Part shown: positions 27,482 to 40,920 of the stretch, piece after piece
Position numbering within the stretch: position 1 is the first letter of the stretch
How the letters are laid out: each line of letters starts with the position of its first letter
Origin: Tubulanus polymorphus
Lineage: Eukaryota > Animalia > Nemertea
NCBI RefSeq assembly: GCF_964204645.1
Contig: NC_134027.1
Location: 22,282,560-22,346,559, forward strand
Length of the DNA: 64,000 nucleotides
Direction: 5' to 3'
Made by a program: the position numbers and the translations under genes
Notes under the pieces: model-generated
Seen by the model: only the letters and a program-made list of their open reading frames with translations
Told to the model about the DNA's origin: nothing
The model's database searches: none

Positions 27482-28840
27482 TTCGGCAGTTTCGGTTCTC
27501 AGATAATACCGGGATGAACTAAACGAGTTTCCATATTCAATTTCTCAGTGCGGAACATCACTAGGCATTCATTGGTGAATTATTGGAGAGGCGGGTTTAC
27601 TTTATTGGTTGTGAGAATGGACTTTTTCCTAGTCTCTATATATGCTGTAATGTTGACTACGATATCGGGCCAATAGCACGCAGTAACAAGGCAAATCAGA
27701 AAATCGACCAATTGCAGCAGAGTAAATATCATAATCGATTATTCCCGACAGTTCATCGGCTTAAGTAGAAAAGCAGTGTACAGAAAAACGTTGTAAATTC
27801 CAACCAGTTTTCTGCATCTATCTGTGGACACTAGCTCCAGTTGATTAAATTCCGTTCGGGTGTCATCAAAGACTACCATCAACCAGCCATATTGATTTCT
27901 GAAAAAGAACATACTTATTGACGCGAATTATTTTATGCACTGATTTTACAAATTTGATTTATATCGAATTATTATCAAAACGACTAGCCTCATAAAAGCC
28001 GCGTTCACACGACAACAAGTTAGACCGGTCTAAATAGGTCCGAACCTGGTCCGGTCCAAATTTAGACCGGACCAAATTTTGGTGAGCGTTCACACGGCGT
28101 TTTGACACGCGGTGATGAAATCGCTTGTGACCGGGCCCACAAGATGTCGCCATCTGCTAAAATAATTAATTGCGCGTGGATGAAGTCTTGCTTCCAGATT
28201 CCAAGAAGAGCAAGACATTACGGAAGCGATAAAGGGCCTCGAGTTGTCGCGTTCCAACTCGACAAGTCGCCATATTTACGTCATATTAGCGTCAAGTCGA
28301 CATGAATATGTCGACATATCGTGACGTTTTGATGACATATTTCGTTTTCACGACCATTAACCTCGCGACAAGTCGACATATTCATGACGACTTGAAACTC
28401 AGTCGTCATATCACTGGCGTCCTCATCTTACATTTAGACGTGTCTTCAAATGACGGCTTGACGTTTTTACGACAAATTTCGCTTTTTCGCCCATTTTCAA
28501 CGACTTCGACGACTTTGGCTCTAAGCCTGAAGTGTCTTCTTAACCGAAAATTGAAAGGTAGTTAACGCGTACTGGAACTAGGGTCGACCGTAAAATTTTG
28601 ACCGCTGCTCGCGAGCTAGACTAGCACGCCGACTAGCGGATGTACGAAACAAGAAAACTAACTTGAAAGTTTGTTGACGCCTTTGCAAATAACGAAAAAT
28701 ATACATTGCTTGTTATTGTTGGCAATGAATAGTCGAATACAGATTAATGACAACATTAAGCCGGTAACTTCACACAGATTCAAGATGGTACCTACCGACC
28801 CTCATCCTCCCCCGGAAGGGATTTGAACCTGTTGACATTG

Positions 28841-29090
28841 CCACGGCACGAAACCCTGTCATACTAGACCGTGTGCGAAGCTACACGCGCAGCTTAGAAG
28901 ATGTCATTATTAGCCAATCAGATAGCCCCTTTTATTTTAGCCCGGGTTTTCCCATTTATAGTTCTTCCGTGAAATTTATACCTCAGCGTTTATACAACGA
29001 ATAATATGATTGGTGCCGCAAATTTTCGCGCGGCTAAGCTGCGCATGTACCTGCGCACCCGGTCTAGTGTGGAAGGGGTTCGTGCCGTGG
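28841..29090. mobile_element. MITE with TIR CCACGGCACGAA(A)CCC (one end also at ~19214)
   Basis: ccacggcacgaaaccctgtcatactagaccg / cggtctagtgtggaaggggttcgtgccgtgg. Confidence 0.7.
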
Positions 29091-29415
29091 CTGAGTGTAG
29101 CGATGTCATCCGGTTCGAATCCTTGCCGCGGGAGGACGCTTCCGAAGATGGCGTGATTGATACAGGAACGTTCCGTCCGTAGGCATCTCCAACAACCTCT
29201 GATAACCGGTTATTTCTCGAGGATCATTTTGATACATGTAGTCATCACACGAGGTTAGAAATCAAACATGTCCAATTATCAAATTTTCTATAACAACTCT
29301 CTGCAGTTCGCAGGTTGATGCAGTTGTACAGATTATCCACAATCGCTGCTTTGCGGCTGTTGATCTAATTCAATATGTGTACATCAATATTATCATAGAT
29401 TCACCATTCGCAAGG

Positions 29416-30366
29416 TTATTTTTCGAAATTTCTACAGCGAATTTTCATACAGAAATATTCACGAATTTCTCGTCCCAGTAAAAGATATATGTAGAAATTT
29501 ACCGCATAGTTACAAACTTGAAACTGATTGAAAATGTCCAAAAGAGATTCTTTCTGTCCTGAAGAAACTGGCATCATTGCAGTAATAGTGACTGGAAGTG
29601 TAAATATTGCGAATGCGAATGAAACTGTTACAAGCATTATTGTCGTGCGTTTTGATTTTGTAGATTTTTGACCAGACGAAACTATTACTGAACTTCTGAA
29701 TAATTGAACGATTATAACCAAATTTGATGTAATGATTAAAGACAACGGTAAAATGTACGCGTGAATGACACCTACAATAAAAGATGCTATTTGGTCGAAT
29801 AATTCATAATAACATCCGACAAACTGATCACTGAAATGTATGGATGAAGCAGGTGAGAGACATCTAACCAGTATATTCACTGCAGCAATTATCACTATAA
29901 CAAACCTAGCGAATCTCGGTGTACATATCAAACGAGATGTGAACGGGAAGAGCACAACTGCCGCACGTTCTAGAGATACTGCTACTATCAACCACGAACT
30001 ATTGCAAGCTGCAAACGCTATAACAAAATCATAGATTTGACAACTGATCAGTGAATTCATGAAGAATATTGGAACATCTTCTACATGCAAGATAACAAAC
30101 TGTAAAACAGGCATCATTGTAAAACCGAGACAGAATATGAAATCACTGAGAGACAAAACGATCAGATAGTTAGCGTAATACAAACTGCGAAATCTGCGAC
30201 TTATCATTATCAAGAATGTAGCTGAATTTCCAAAAGCTCCTAACAGGAACAAGAAAGGCAGAATGACCAGTGACACTGTTAGGTAGATTCCAGACTTGTT
30301 CACCACATACATAAGGACCATGTTACTGCTGTGAGTACGACCAATTTGCATCTGAGTAGAATTCAT
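29416..30366 (-). CDS. Intact single-exon rhodopsin-class GPCR (316 aa, orphan peptide-receptor/chemoreceptor-like)
   Basis: GN in TM1, LSLSD in TM2, SWLIVAVSLERAAVVLFP in TM3, LP in TM5 and TM6, NYAVNFYIYLLLGREIR in TM7/helix 8; seven hydrophobic segments. Confidence 0.9.
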   Translation of the reverse strand: MNSTQMQIGRTHSSNMVLMYVVNKSGIYLTVSLVILPFLFLLGAFGNSATFLIMISRRFRSLYYANYLIVLSLSDFIFCLGFTMMPVLQFVILHVEDVPIFFMNSLISCQIYDFVIAFAACNSSWLIVAVSLERAAVVLFPFTSRLICTPRFARFVIVIIAAVNILVRCLSPASSIHFSDQFVGCYYELFDQIASFIVGVIHAYILPLSLIITSNLVIIVQLFRSSVIVSSGQKSTKSKRTTIMLVTVSFAFAIFTLPVTITAMMPVSSGQKESLLDIFNQFQVCNYAVNFYIYLLLGREIREYFCMKIRCRNFEK

Positions 30367-30660
30367 GATTTATTAGGATCTGTCTGAGAATATACTGGAA
30401 CTTGCTTTGTCATCTAGTGTAATGGAAAATTAATTTAACTCTTATGTGGAGATATCATTAATGTCCTCATAACAACTACGATTCGTTTGTAAGATATGTT
30501 GTTAACACCGAATAGAAAATCAATTCTCTGTGATCTTTCACAGTTTACTTAGATTTTGTGAAAATTTATTGTCGTGTAAAATATGAATGCGACGAGATTA
30601 AATATACATGTACATTTATTTTCGTAATACTGTTGGCTCTCAACACATACTTGACATCAA

Positions 30661-30924
30661 TGGTTATTTTTTGACTGAATTTCTGCAGTGGATTTTCATA
30701 CAGATATATTCCCGAATTCTTGTCTTGGTAAAAGGATGTATTTGATAATTTACCACATAGTTACAAACATGGAATTGTATGAAAATGTCATGATAGAAAA
30801 TCTCTCTGTTCCGGTGAGATTACCTGCCAAAGTGGTTGTAGGTGCGAGTATTGCAAATCTGATTGAAACTGTTACAAGCATTAGTTGTACGTTTTGATTT
30901 TGTAGTTTTCTGATCAGACGAAAC
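30661..30924 (-). pseudogene. Degraded tandem duplicate of the 3' end (ICL3-TM6-TM7) of the adjacent GPCR
   Basis: Colinear nucleotide similarity to 29413-29683 (e.g. gattttcatacaga, catagttacaaac, gaaactgttacaagcatta, ttttgattttgtag, cagacgaaac), with indels. Confidence 0.75.
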
Positions 30925-31079
30925 CTCTTTTTAGATGGGTGAATAAATGAGCATAAAAGTCGGTATCAAACGGAGGAAAATAAAATGTTTACTTTACGCC
31001 TGAGCTTACGAAATGAAAAGACATGTTTCTGTGGCTCTGATTGGCTGAATGCCAAAAGGCGGCGCCATGAATGAAATGG

Positions 31080-31205
31080 CTAACAAAGATACCCTTTGTA
31101 ATTATAGACTGATTAAAAACAACTTTGAGTTTGAGAAATACCTTATTGAGTTATCGCCAAAATCCTGTCACTATTTGCTACGATACCGTGCCAATAATCA
31201 TTGGT
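31080..31205 (+). mobile_element. Short LINE C-terminal remnant
   Basis: LCNYRLIKNNFEFEKYL...LLRYRANNH matches the same region as the LINE at 40235-40756. Confidence 0.5.
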
Positions 31206-31239
31206 TTGAAAAATGGTTTAAACATTTTTTGCGCCCAAA

Positions 31240-32395
31240 AATAAGGGCTACCCAAGGTCTGGAGCTGGATTATCTTTTTAAAAAACTATCTTGAGATTTT
31301 GACCATTTCTAGGATATGTGGATATGTGCACTGCTAATCAGGGTATTCCTTCAAAACACGTTTCAGAAAACGTAGGGTGTTTCGGGGAAATTCGTAAGAA
31401 ATTGCCCTTGTAAAATATGATCTTGTTTCTTTATTTCTTGTTATTTATTCCCGTGCGAATTCTTAATTTAGATTCACAATCACTCCAAAGTTTGAGATTC
31501 ATTGAAAGATTTGTGTTACAGTTCGCTGGTAATTCGAGGTATAAGCAATGGAAATTAGAACGAGTCTATTACAAATGATTCTACGATATTTCATCAAATT
31601 CCTTATAATTTTACTTGACAGGGTTTAAAATTTGAGTTATTGGATAAGAATAAAATTCTAATGGGGACTGATAGAATATCTGATATATCTACTTAATATT
31701 TTTGAAATTATCAGTTAAGAATATTCGAAAAACTATATGTACAGGGTCATTATGGTGTATGTATTCTAGCTAGTGCGACATGTCCTGTCCAATGAACCGC
31801 ATTGGACAGAACCAGTTCATATTGTGTCCAGTCCTGACATTGTGCTCTGGTCATTCAAATAGTTCAATTTGAATGGAACCAGTTCAGAGGATTAATTCTT
31901 ATCATACGTTGAATTTACTATACGCGCGCATATGTGTCCAGTCCTCGCGCGCGTTTGGGTGAGTTGAATCTAGAATTTTTTCTTTAAACTAAGATAGCAA
32001 AATCATTTACGTAAATTTACGCCCACTTATCTAACAACTGGTTGGCGAAGCTCCATGTTCATTTCGGGGGTTGATCTCACCCGGCTATCTAACCTAAATA
32101 TTGAATCTCCTATTCGAAATAAAATTTACAATGTATCAAATTGGTGATTTTCTTTTTAGATCGCCCATTCCTCCTTTTCCGTCGTCAGGATCTGATTGCT
32201 GCCAATACCACCAGCCTGAAGAAAGCAACAGAGGTGACCAAACTTTCGAATAGATCCACGATGCTCCACGCACAAATTGGTGGTGAGAAGATTTGTCGTC
32301 GTACAATATTGGATGTGCCTACAGTGTACATATTGTATCGAGTGAAATTGACAGTTCTAATGGTAATAGTAAGTTGCGGTTTTTTTTTTACCAGA
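31240..32395 (+). repeat. Left arm of a ~1.2-kb inverted duplication (partner 41360-42820; partial third copy 34020-34230)
   Basis: For example gaatggaaccagttcagaggattaattcttatc...tatacgcgcgca...gtccagtcctcgcgcgcg is reverse-complementary to 41770-41880; colinear over >1 kb. Confidence 0.85.
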
Positions 32396-33299
32396 TAAGC
32401 TCTTCTCCTGGACCCGATTGCTGTCAATACATGCTAACTTAAACCAACAAATGGGAACTAAGCCTTCCTCGCTTCCTCGTGACCTGATTGCTGCAAATGC
32501 GTGCTGCTGACTAAACTAACCTGGCCTTATAGATGACTCGTGGGATCCGAGAAAAGATAACTTATCGAAACAGTCCATGAAGCTCCACTCATGAATTAGT
32601 GAGTATACATTCTACCTCTTAGGTTTAAGCTTATCTAAAAAGATGGGCCCTCGTTACAGCAAACTCAGATACAGTAGACCCTAACACTCCTCTAAACTCG
32701 AATTAACTTGTGACCAGTGATTTGTGTTTTATTTAGCTGATACATGTTATTCGAATTAGACAAATTTAATTGATACTCTATTGTTTCAACGGTTTCGAAA
32801 TCTGTGCTATAGATTTTTAAAATCGAAAATGAGTTTTAAAGGTTAATAATCTGTCGGATAAAGCAAACTTTAAATGTGTTCCTATAAACTTGATAGTGAA
32901 ATATTACTTGTAATATGCAACCGCTTCAATCGTCCGAGACATTCATACATTGTCTGCTAAAGTTCAATTACACACGTCCAAAAACATATTTTCGATGGAA
33001 ATTCATAATGCATAGAATTATTGTATGTATTCTAAAAGGTAATGAATGCAAATTGATGCCATCCATCCATGAGACAATCGGGACTTAGATTAGATTAGAT
33101 CTTCATTTACAAAGAAATCATAACGAATTATACAAATTTTACATAGTATTTACATTCGAAGCATAGAATGTTATAATGTCAATTGAGGGTGCCCATTGAT
33201 GGGAATTGTTTTGTTACTTAGGTTCAACCAGACAGACTTTCACCGCGATCACGCTCACTAACACGCAACATACCGAAACAAATGTAAGGGTAATGACTA

Positions 33300-36200
33300 T
33301 GTCACGATTTTTAGATTAGATTAACAGGAATAAATCATAATGTTGTTTCTAGTTTTTTTAAAATTTGCCTTTAGTGAATTTATCGTTTTGGAAGATCTTA
33401 GATCTTTGTTCAAGTTTTGCCAGTTCATAGGAATTAAGCACAGAAATTTGTTATCGAAAATTAGTTATTGTGTTAATGGAATTCGAGTGTTGTGACTGAG
33501 GTTGAAAGAATTCCTTTAAAAGCGGTTCGTTATAGGTATTGGTAGCTGATTGTTTGAAAACCTATAGCCATATATAAGTGATTCTAGTTCAATCATATCC
33601 CCAAATTGGAAAATGTTGAATCTTTTGAAAAAAGCATACGTTTGGCTTTTGCATTTAGCTGTGGTAATTATTATATTAAATTGATGTTCCAATCTAGTAA
33701 GTCTTTGTGTATAAGCTTTAGAAATAAGTGGTCCCCATAATATCAGGCAGCATGATAAGTGGCAATCGATGAAACTTTGAGTGAAAAATACGTTACAAAA
33801 TGTTTTATAGATTTCATAAAGTAAATGTACTTAGCTATGTTTTTGCAGACCATATTTACATGTTCATTAAAATCAAGGTATTCATCCAATTGTAAACCCA
33901 GAAAGGCCGATTTCAGATTTTTAAGATCTTCATTTCTAACACGTCAATTTCAATTGAGATTAAATATAAGACAATTTTTGTTTTCACTTAACTTAGTGTT
34001 AGGTTATTTGCATAAAACCATTTGAAATTATCAGTTAAGAATATTCTAAAAAGTTGGAAACATATGTACAGGGTCATTTATATCTATATCTATTATGATG
34101 GTATATGTGTTCTAGCTAATGCGAGATATCCTGTCCGATGAACCTCATTGTGTGACATAACCAGTTCGTATTGTGTCCATCCAGATCTGAGAATCACATT
34201 GTGCTCTGGTCTTTCAAATAATTCGATGGTCTTTCAAATGATGTTTCAAATGTCAGAACCTGTTATCATCATTATTATCTTTATTCCTGAATGATAATTC
34301 ATTCCTTATCTTTATAAGTTACATAAAGTACATAATGGTTACATTGATAACAACTGTAATACATCAGCAAGGTTTCAGAAAAAGCTATACGCTTGTTCGC
34401 CCTGGAACCTTATCCCTTGCTGATGAAAAAACATTCACGAAATATTTTATTTATATACATGCATGTGGCCAGTGCATGTAATTGATGCATCTAGTTGATA
34501 TGATTAACTTAAATCGAAAATGATTTAAAAAAGAAAAAAAAGAAGACAAAAATTATATCTTATAATTAGAAAGTAAAAAATCTTTTTATTTTCTTTTAAA
34601 CATGTGTATGGACTTAGATTCTGTAATTTCTTTTTCTAAATTATTCCATAATTCGGGACCTTTGATGTGAAGGACTTGGCCTTTAATTGAGTATGAAAAT
34701 GTTCTGAAGCAATATTATTTTAGTTTCTTAGACTTATATTGTGTAAGTCTGATATTTTATTAAAGACGTTTGTGAAAACATCCGGGAGCCCCTGTTTTTA
34801 GTCTATATCTCACACCTGACGATGATCTCTAGGGTGAGAGATCGAAACGTTGTGTATTCTATATATTTTAGATTGAATAAATAAATTCTTGTTTTTAAGT
34901 TCTTTTCATCTGTAGATAGTGGGTTCATATCTTATTATCCGGGAGATAAAATAAAATAGATTTCAATAGATTTAAAACTGTACCTCGAATACCATAAAAA
35001 GATAATTTACTGATCAGAATGTTGTGGTTCAAGGTGTCAAAAGCGCGGGAAAAGTCTTAATTATCTATGATATGAGAAGTAAGTAAATTCATAGCCATGT
35101 CCGTCAAATGCCTTCTCTAAATCCAAATGGTGGTGAATTTATTAATTTGTATTTATCTAGAAATTTTATCTGCCTCACATAAATAAACTTCTCCAAATTT
35201 TTTGAGATACGTGGTAAAATTGACATTGGCCGATAATTGTTTAACACATTTTATTACCATTTTTATAATGAAAATAATTGGGAAAGTTCAAGTTCTTCTG
35301 GAAAAATACCTTCTTAAAATATAAGTTATGCGCTAAAGGTAAGGAGATAAGATCAATAACCTGTTTTAAAACTTTTTGATTTATATCGTCGGCCCCACGG
35401 TTATTCTTTGTTTTAAATTCATACACATTTTTTCGATCTCTTGAGGTAAAGTAGGACTTAAAAATAAACTATGGTCTAACTTTGGTCCAATAATTTCTTC
35501 AAATGAAACTGATTGTTCAGGGATCTTTTTATCTAATGATGGACCAACATTGCTGAAATACAAATTAAGTAAGAATTTGTTACTAAATTATCATCAATTT
35601 CAAATTCTTCCGGATAATATTGATTTTTGTCATTATTCGATGGATTTTTTAAGATCGCCCATGTTTGTTTAATATCATTCCCTACTAGCTTAAATTTATT
35701 AAATTTATTACACGGGGATCGGTTAATCCCAAACTATAGGTCCTGAATTTAAATTATAAGAAATAGTGGTATTCGTAAATATAGTGTCGATAAGTGTTGC
35801 TGAGCTATCGCTAATGAGAGTACACACACTTATTACTGGGACGAAAGAATAAGATTGCATACAGTCAGCAAATTTAGTAGTAGATAAGTTTGAGTGCATT
35901 AGGTTTATGTTGAAATCACCCATAATGAAATATTTCTTATTGGTTTTTGTTTTTGTTTTTGTTCTATTCATGAGAAGGTCCTCTTGAAAATTAGTTAAGT
36001 TATTACCTATTCTATATACTACTCCAATACAAAGCCCATTTGAAAGTTCTATAAAAGGCGTATTAAACTATCAAATTTTACATTTAAATGATTACATAAT
36101 TGAAAGGAGATGTTCAGAGGATTATTTCATTAATTCTTAGAATACGTTGAATTCACTCTACACACGCATACCGGTAGCTGATTGTTTGAAAAACTTAAAG

Positions 36201-36720
36201 CCATATTTATATGGTTCTAGTTCAATCATATTCTCAAATTAAGAATTTTGAATTTTTTTTTGTGGCTATTGTATTTAGCTTTGGAAATTAGTCTAATGGA
36301 TATCTTTTGCAATGTGACAAGTGTACTTAGTGTAGCTTTAAAATTAGTGTTCCCCATGATGTCAGGCAGTATGATAAGTGGCTATTGATGTAACTTTGAT
36401 ACAATAATTTGAGCAAAAACGACTGTACAGAATGTTTTATGGAATCCATTAAGTAAATATGTTCGCTGATCATAATTACATGTTCATTTATATCGAGGTT
36501 CTCGTCCAATTGTAAACCCAAAAAGGTCATTAACGATGATAGTTTTAAGGTTTGATTTTCGATTTTCATAAGATCTTCATTTCAATATGTCCAACTTATT
36601 AGGTTTGAATAAAACAATTCTCGTAGTAGCTAAATCTAGTGTTAGGTTATTTGCATAAAACCAGTCGCTAAGAATTGTTTCTAGATCTTCGCTCATAAGG
36701 CTGTATGTACCCCTTATGCC
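33300..36720 (-). mobile_element. Degraded non-LTR retrotransposon fragments (CR1/L2/Crack-like)
   Basis: AP-endonuclease motifs IMGDFNINL and TLIDTIFTN; linker YFSNVGPSL, G.DDI...VLK; post-RT FLGLQLDENL...HV and LYQSYINSHLSYCLTSWG. 33530-34020 duplicates 36170-36660. Confidence 0.8.
34811..34856 (+). ncRNA. Minimal type-I hammerhead ribozyme in a Penelope-like terminal repeat (element ~34790-34945)
   Basis: acac-CTGACGA-t-gatctct..agagatc-GAAAC-GTT-gtgt: intact core, helix II and helix I (acac/gtgt). Followed by AATAAA and a Penelope-type tail; flanked by a duplicated atccgggag. Confidence 0.65.
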
Positions 36721-37339
36721 ATAAATATACAATCAAACGCTTCACTTAAATCTGGAAAAACTCTTAAATTTTAAACAGTTAACAGGTATTATGGAACCAA
36801 TCAATAAAATTTCCTATTAATTTCATACTCGTGTGGACATATTATATAATAGGGAATATTTTGGTAATCATATAATCCCTAAGGTAATTGTATAATCGTT
36901 TGTGCATAATGTTTTGGTACGGTTGAACCTCGCTTATATGAATTCAAAGTAAAAGTGAAATTGTCGAATTGAACGGCTTTCATATAATCCAAATCTGGAT
37001 TAATATCTTAGCTATGACATGCTGGAAACCATAGTAATAAACGGGTTCGTCTTTAACACATACGCATTAATGAGGTTCAAGTGTAACTATGATCTGTGGG
37101 CCAACGCCTAAAAAATATAGAGTCGTCTCTGGACTTACCCTCAGAGGGTGTTCTACGGTGTTGCGGCCATATTTCTATACCAATACAAAATTGCTACACG
37201 TTTCTTCAACTAAAAGCGCCACATATTGAGCATCATTTTCATCAGTAAAAGATGAAAAATCGATATTTCATATTCATTTTCATGAATTCTTATTTTTGTA
37301 GTTTACAAAAATTTTCATGAATTCTTATTTTTGTAGTTT

Positions 37340-39095
37340 ACAGACGCAACGCCCACCCAAACAGAGAGACAGACGGACACGTCCATCCGAAACAGACAGA
37401 CACGTCCACCCGAAACAGACAGACACGCCCATCCGAAACAGACAGACAGACAGACGGACACGCCGACCCGAAACACAGAGTAAGACGGACACGCCCACCC
37501 GACACAGACAGACACGTCCACCCGAAACAGACAGACGGACACGCCGACCCAAACAGAGAGACAGACAAACGGACACGCCCACCCAAACTTAGAGACGGAC
37601 ACGCCCACCCAAGCAGAGAGACAGACCGGACACGCCATCCGAAACAGGGGCACACAGATGGGCACGCCCACCCAAACCGAAACAGTGGGACAGACAGACG
37701 GACACGCCCACCCAAACAGAAACAGACAGACGGACACGCCTAGCCAAACCGAGAGACAGAAACGCCCACACAGACAGACGGACACACCAACCCAAATAGA
37801 GAGAAAGACAGACGGCAACGCGCAGCTAAAGAGAGAGAAAGATGGACACGCCCAGCCAAACAGAAAGACAGATGGACACGACAGATGGACACGCCCACCC
37901 AAACAGAGACAGATTGACGGACACGCCCACCCACACCGAAAGACAGCAGAACACGCCCACCCGAAACAGACACGTCCAACCGAAAAAGACGGACATGCTT
38001 ACCCCACCCAAAAAAGTGTGACAGACAAACAGACACTACCACCCAAAACAGACAGACACGTCCAGCCGAAACAGAGAGACTGACACGCCCACACAGACAG
38101 ACGGATATGCGGACACGCTCACCCGAAACAGTGAGAAAGACAGACGGAAACGCTCACCCTAGTCAGACAGACACGCCCACCCGAAACAGACAGACACGTT
38201 CAACCGAAACAGAGAGACGGACACGCCGACCCAAACACGCCCACCAAAACAGAGAGACAGACAGACGGACACGCTCACCCTAGTCAGACAGACACGTCCA
38301 ACCGAAACAGACAGACACGTCCAACCGAAACAGAGAGACGGACACGCCCACCCAAAACAGTGAGACAGACAGACGGTCCACCTAAACACAGAGTCAGACG
38401 GACACGCTCACCCGGAACAGACAGACACGCCCACCCGAAACAGACAGACACGTCCAACCGAACAGAGAGACAGAGGGACACGCTCACCCTAGTCAGACAG
38501 ACACGCCCACCCGAAACAGACAGACACGCTTACCCGAAACAGACAGACATGTCCAACCGAAACAGACAGACGGACACGCCCACCCGAAACAGTGAGACGG
38601 ACATGTCCACCTAAACACAGAGTCAGACGGACACGCTCACCCGGAACAGACAGACAGACACGCCCACCCGAAACAGACAGACACGTCCAACCGAACAGAG
38701 AGACAGAGGGACACGCGCAGCCAAACAGAGGGACACGCCCAGCCAAACAGAGGGACACGCCCAGCCAAACAGAGAGACAGACAGACGGACGGACACGCAG
38801 ACACGCCCACCCAAACAGAGAGACAGACAGACGGACACGCCTAGCCAAACCGAGAGACAGACAGACGGAAACGCCTAGCCAAACCGAGAGACAGACAGAC
38901 AGACGGACACGCCCACCAAAACAGAGACAGACAGGCGGACACGCCCACACAGACAGACGGACACGCTCACCCGGAACAGACAGACACGCCCACCCGAAAG
39001 AGACGGACACGCCCACCAAAACAGAGAGACTGACACACCCACACAGACAGACGGATATGCGGACACGTCCACCTAAACACAGACGAAACAGTCAG
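37340..39095. repeat. Complex minisatellite built from (GACA)n and GGACACGCCCACCCGAAACA modules
   Basis: About 1.75 kb of strongly strand-asymmetric repeats with higher-order duplications; source of many spurious ORFs. Confidence 0.92.
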
Positions 39096-40224
39096 ACGAA
39101 AAAATATGTATGATATTTGGCATTTATTGCCAGTTTCAATGTTGCGCCATTATCGCGAGATTTTCAACAACACGGAAGTAACATGTGGTAAATCATAACT
39201 TGAATTGAACGACAACCTACCACCCCTCATTATTGTTCCGAAACCAAACGTTCCGCACTGACTACAAATTATAATATAATTTTGCTATAATTTTAGAAAT
39301 GGCCAAAGTTTTAACTCAAGTTGTATATCATTATTATCTTTCAATTGTGATTGCTAGAATGTTTTTGTAAACGGCCATTGAGGCTTCATGTTTCGTCTGC
39401 ACTTTTACTGCAAATAGTTACGTAACTACGCAAATTCATATGTTTTTGCGACAGCGCCACGGCGCTGGAACATATTAAGATGACCAAACCGCCTGGTGTC
39501 TTCCAATACAACCACCAGGTGGGCTCAATTCAAGTTCAAATATACTTTATTAATACGTATTCAAATATATTTTATTGTTATTTATTCAATGCAAATACAT
39601 CAGATTTCCCAATTAAGTTGACAGTACACAGAATTAAGAATCTATAAGTATTCAGACAAAAACGCTTTTAACTCATTAGTTACATTTCGTTCGTATTGAT
39701 AGTTTGATTCATCGAGTTGGTTTCAGGTCGATCAACATCACTTATATTTCTACAGCACCCCGAGATTTCCGCTTTGCAAGCACAGGGTAACTGCGTTAAA
39801 AATCCTTAAGTCGACGATCAGGAACCAACGACGTTCTTAAAACTTCAAACCGTAATCATCCAACCCGCTTAAAAGCTACAACTCGAATCCCTGATTTCTT
39901 TCAACAAATTTTCAACCACAATACTGTTACGTAAGACACCAAGGGTGACAGAGACCAGAAGGCAGTTATCAAAACAATACAAACTGACTGACACTTCAAA
40001 ACTGACTGACACCCTGCCCCCGTAGTAACATCAATGAAAATAAGACAATATTCGTAAAATAAGAAATAGAAATCATAAACTAGGCCTAAAAATGCTCTGT
40101 TTATTTAGACTAAGTTTAGTTAAATATCTACGCTGTTATAATTTGGGGCGTCGGTACATCTCTAGTTTCCGGTAAGGGTAACACGAGTAATGCGGTAACC
40201 AGTCAAATACACCCGATAATCACG

Positions 40225-40920
40225 CCTCGATCTGTTGAACAGCCTGGGTTTCGGTGAATCTTGGCTAACACAAAGCATTACGAACGAAACATGGTTTTTT
40301 CGCTCGGTTGAACAGCGCTTAAAAGACCAATACACACAACGATGGTTTAACTGGATCCATGCGTCTAATAAGGCACTTTTCTATCGACATTTTAAATCTA
40401 GTATTTCTTATGAATTGTATCTGGATTATCCGAAACAGATGAGATCCACTATTGCTCGGTTCAGATGCTCTAGTCATGACCTGCGTGTGGAAACTGGGAG
40501 ATGGCTGCGCCCCGCGCCCCCTACACCCCATCATCAACGTATATGTGAATTTTGTAATCTTAATGAGATAGAGGACGAAGTCCATGTTATTTTATATTGC
40601 CCTCAGTATAGTGATGCACGTGCCATACACATCCCAAGAAATATTATTATTCGTCCAAACACATATAAAGTTGCCAAATTTATGAGAAACCCCATCAATA
40701 GTATCAATTTATCAAAGTTTTTGAAAAAAGTAAAAGATATTAAATCACTTCAATAATCTAGTTAATCAAATCAGACCATAATATGTAATCACTTTCACTG
40801 ATTTTGCAGTTGTGTGTATGTGTAAATGTCTTTACTAACTGTATCCGCTTATATTTATATTTGTATGTGTCATACGAGAATATTCTCTGACAATAAAGAT
40901 ATATATATATTATATATTAT
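40225..40920 (+). mobile_element. 5'-truncated LINE 3' end (CCHC zinc knuckle, 3' UTR, (TA)n tail)
   Basis: QRLKDQYTQRW...IARFRCSSHDLRVETGRW...RICEFCNLNEIEDEVHVILYCPQY; AATAAA and TA repeats at ~40892-40920. Confidence 0.85.

Noticed and set aside
37315-39113. Many overlapping 60-195 aa ORFs; superficially CRISPR-like repeats
   Set aside because: Low-complexity minisatellite lacking stops; no constant repeat with unique spacers, no cas genes, eukaryotic context.
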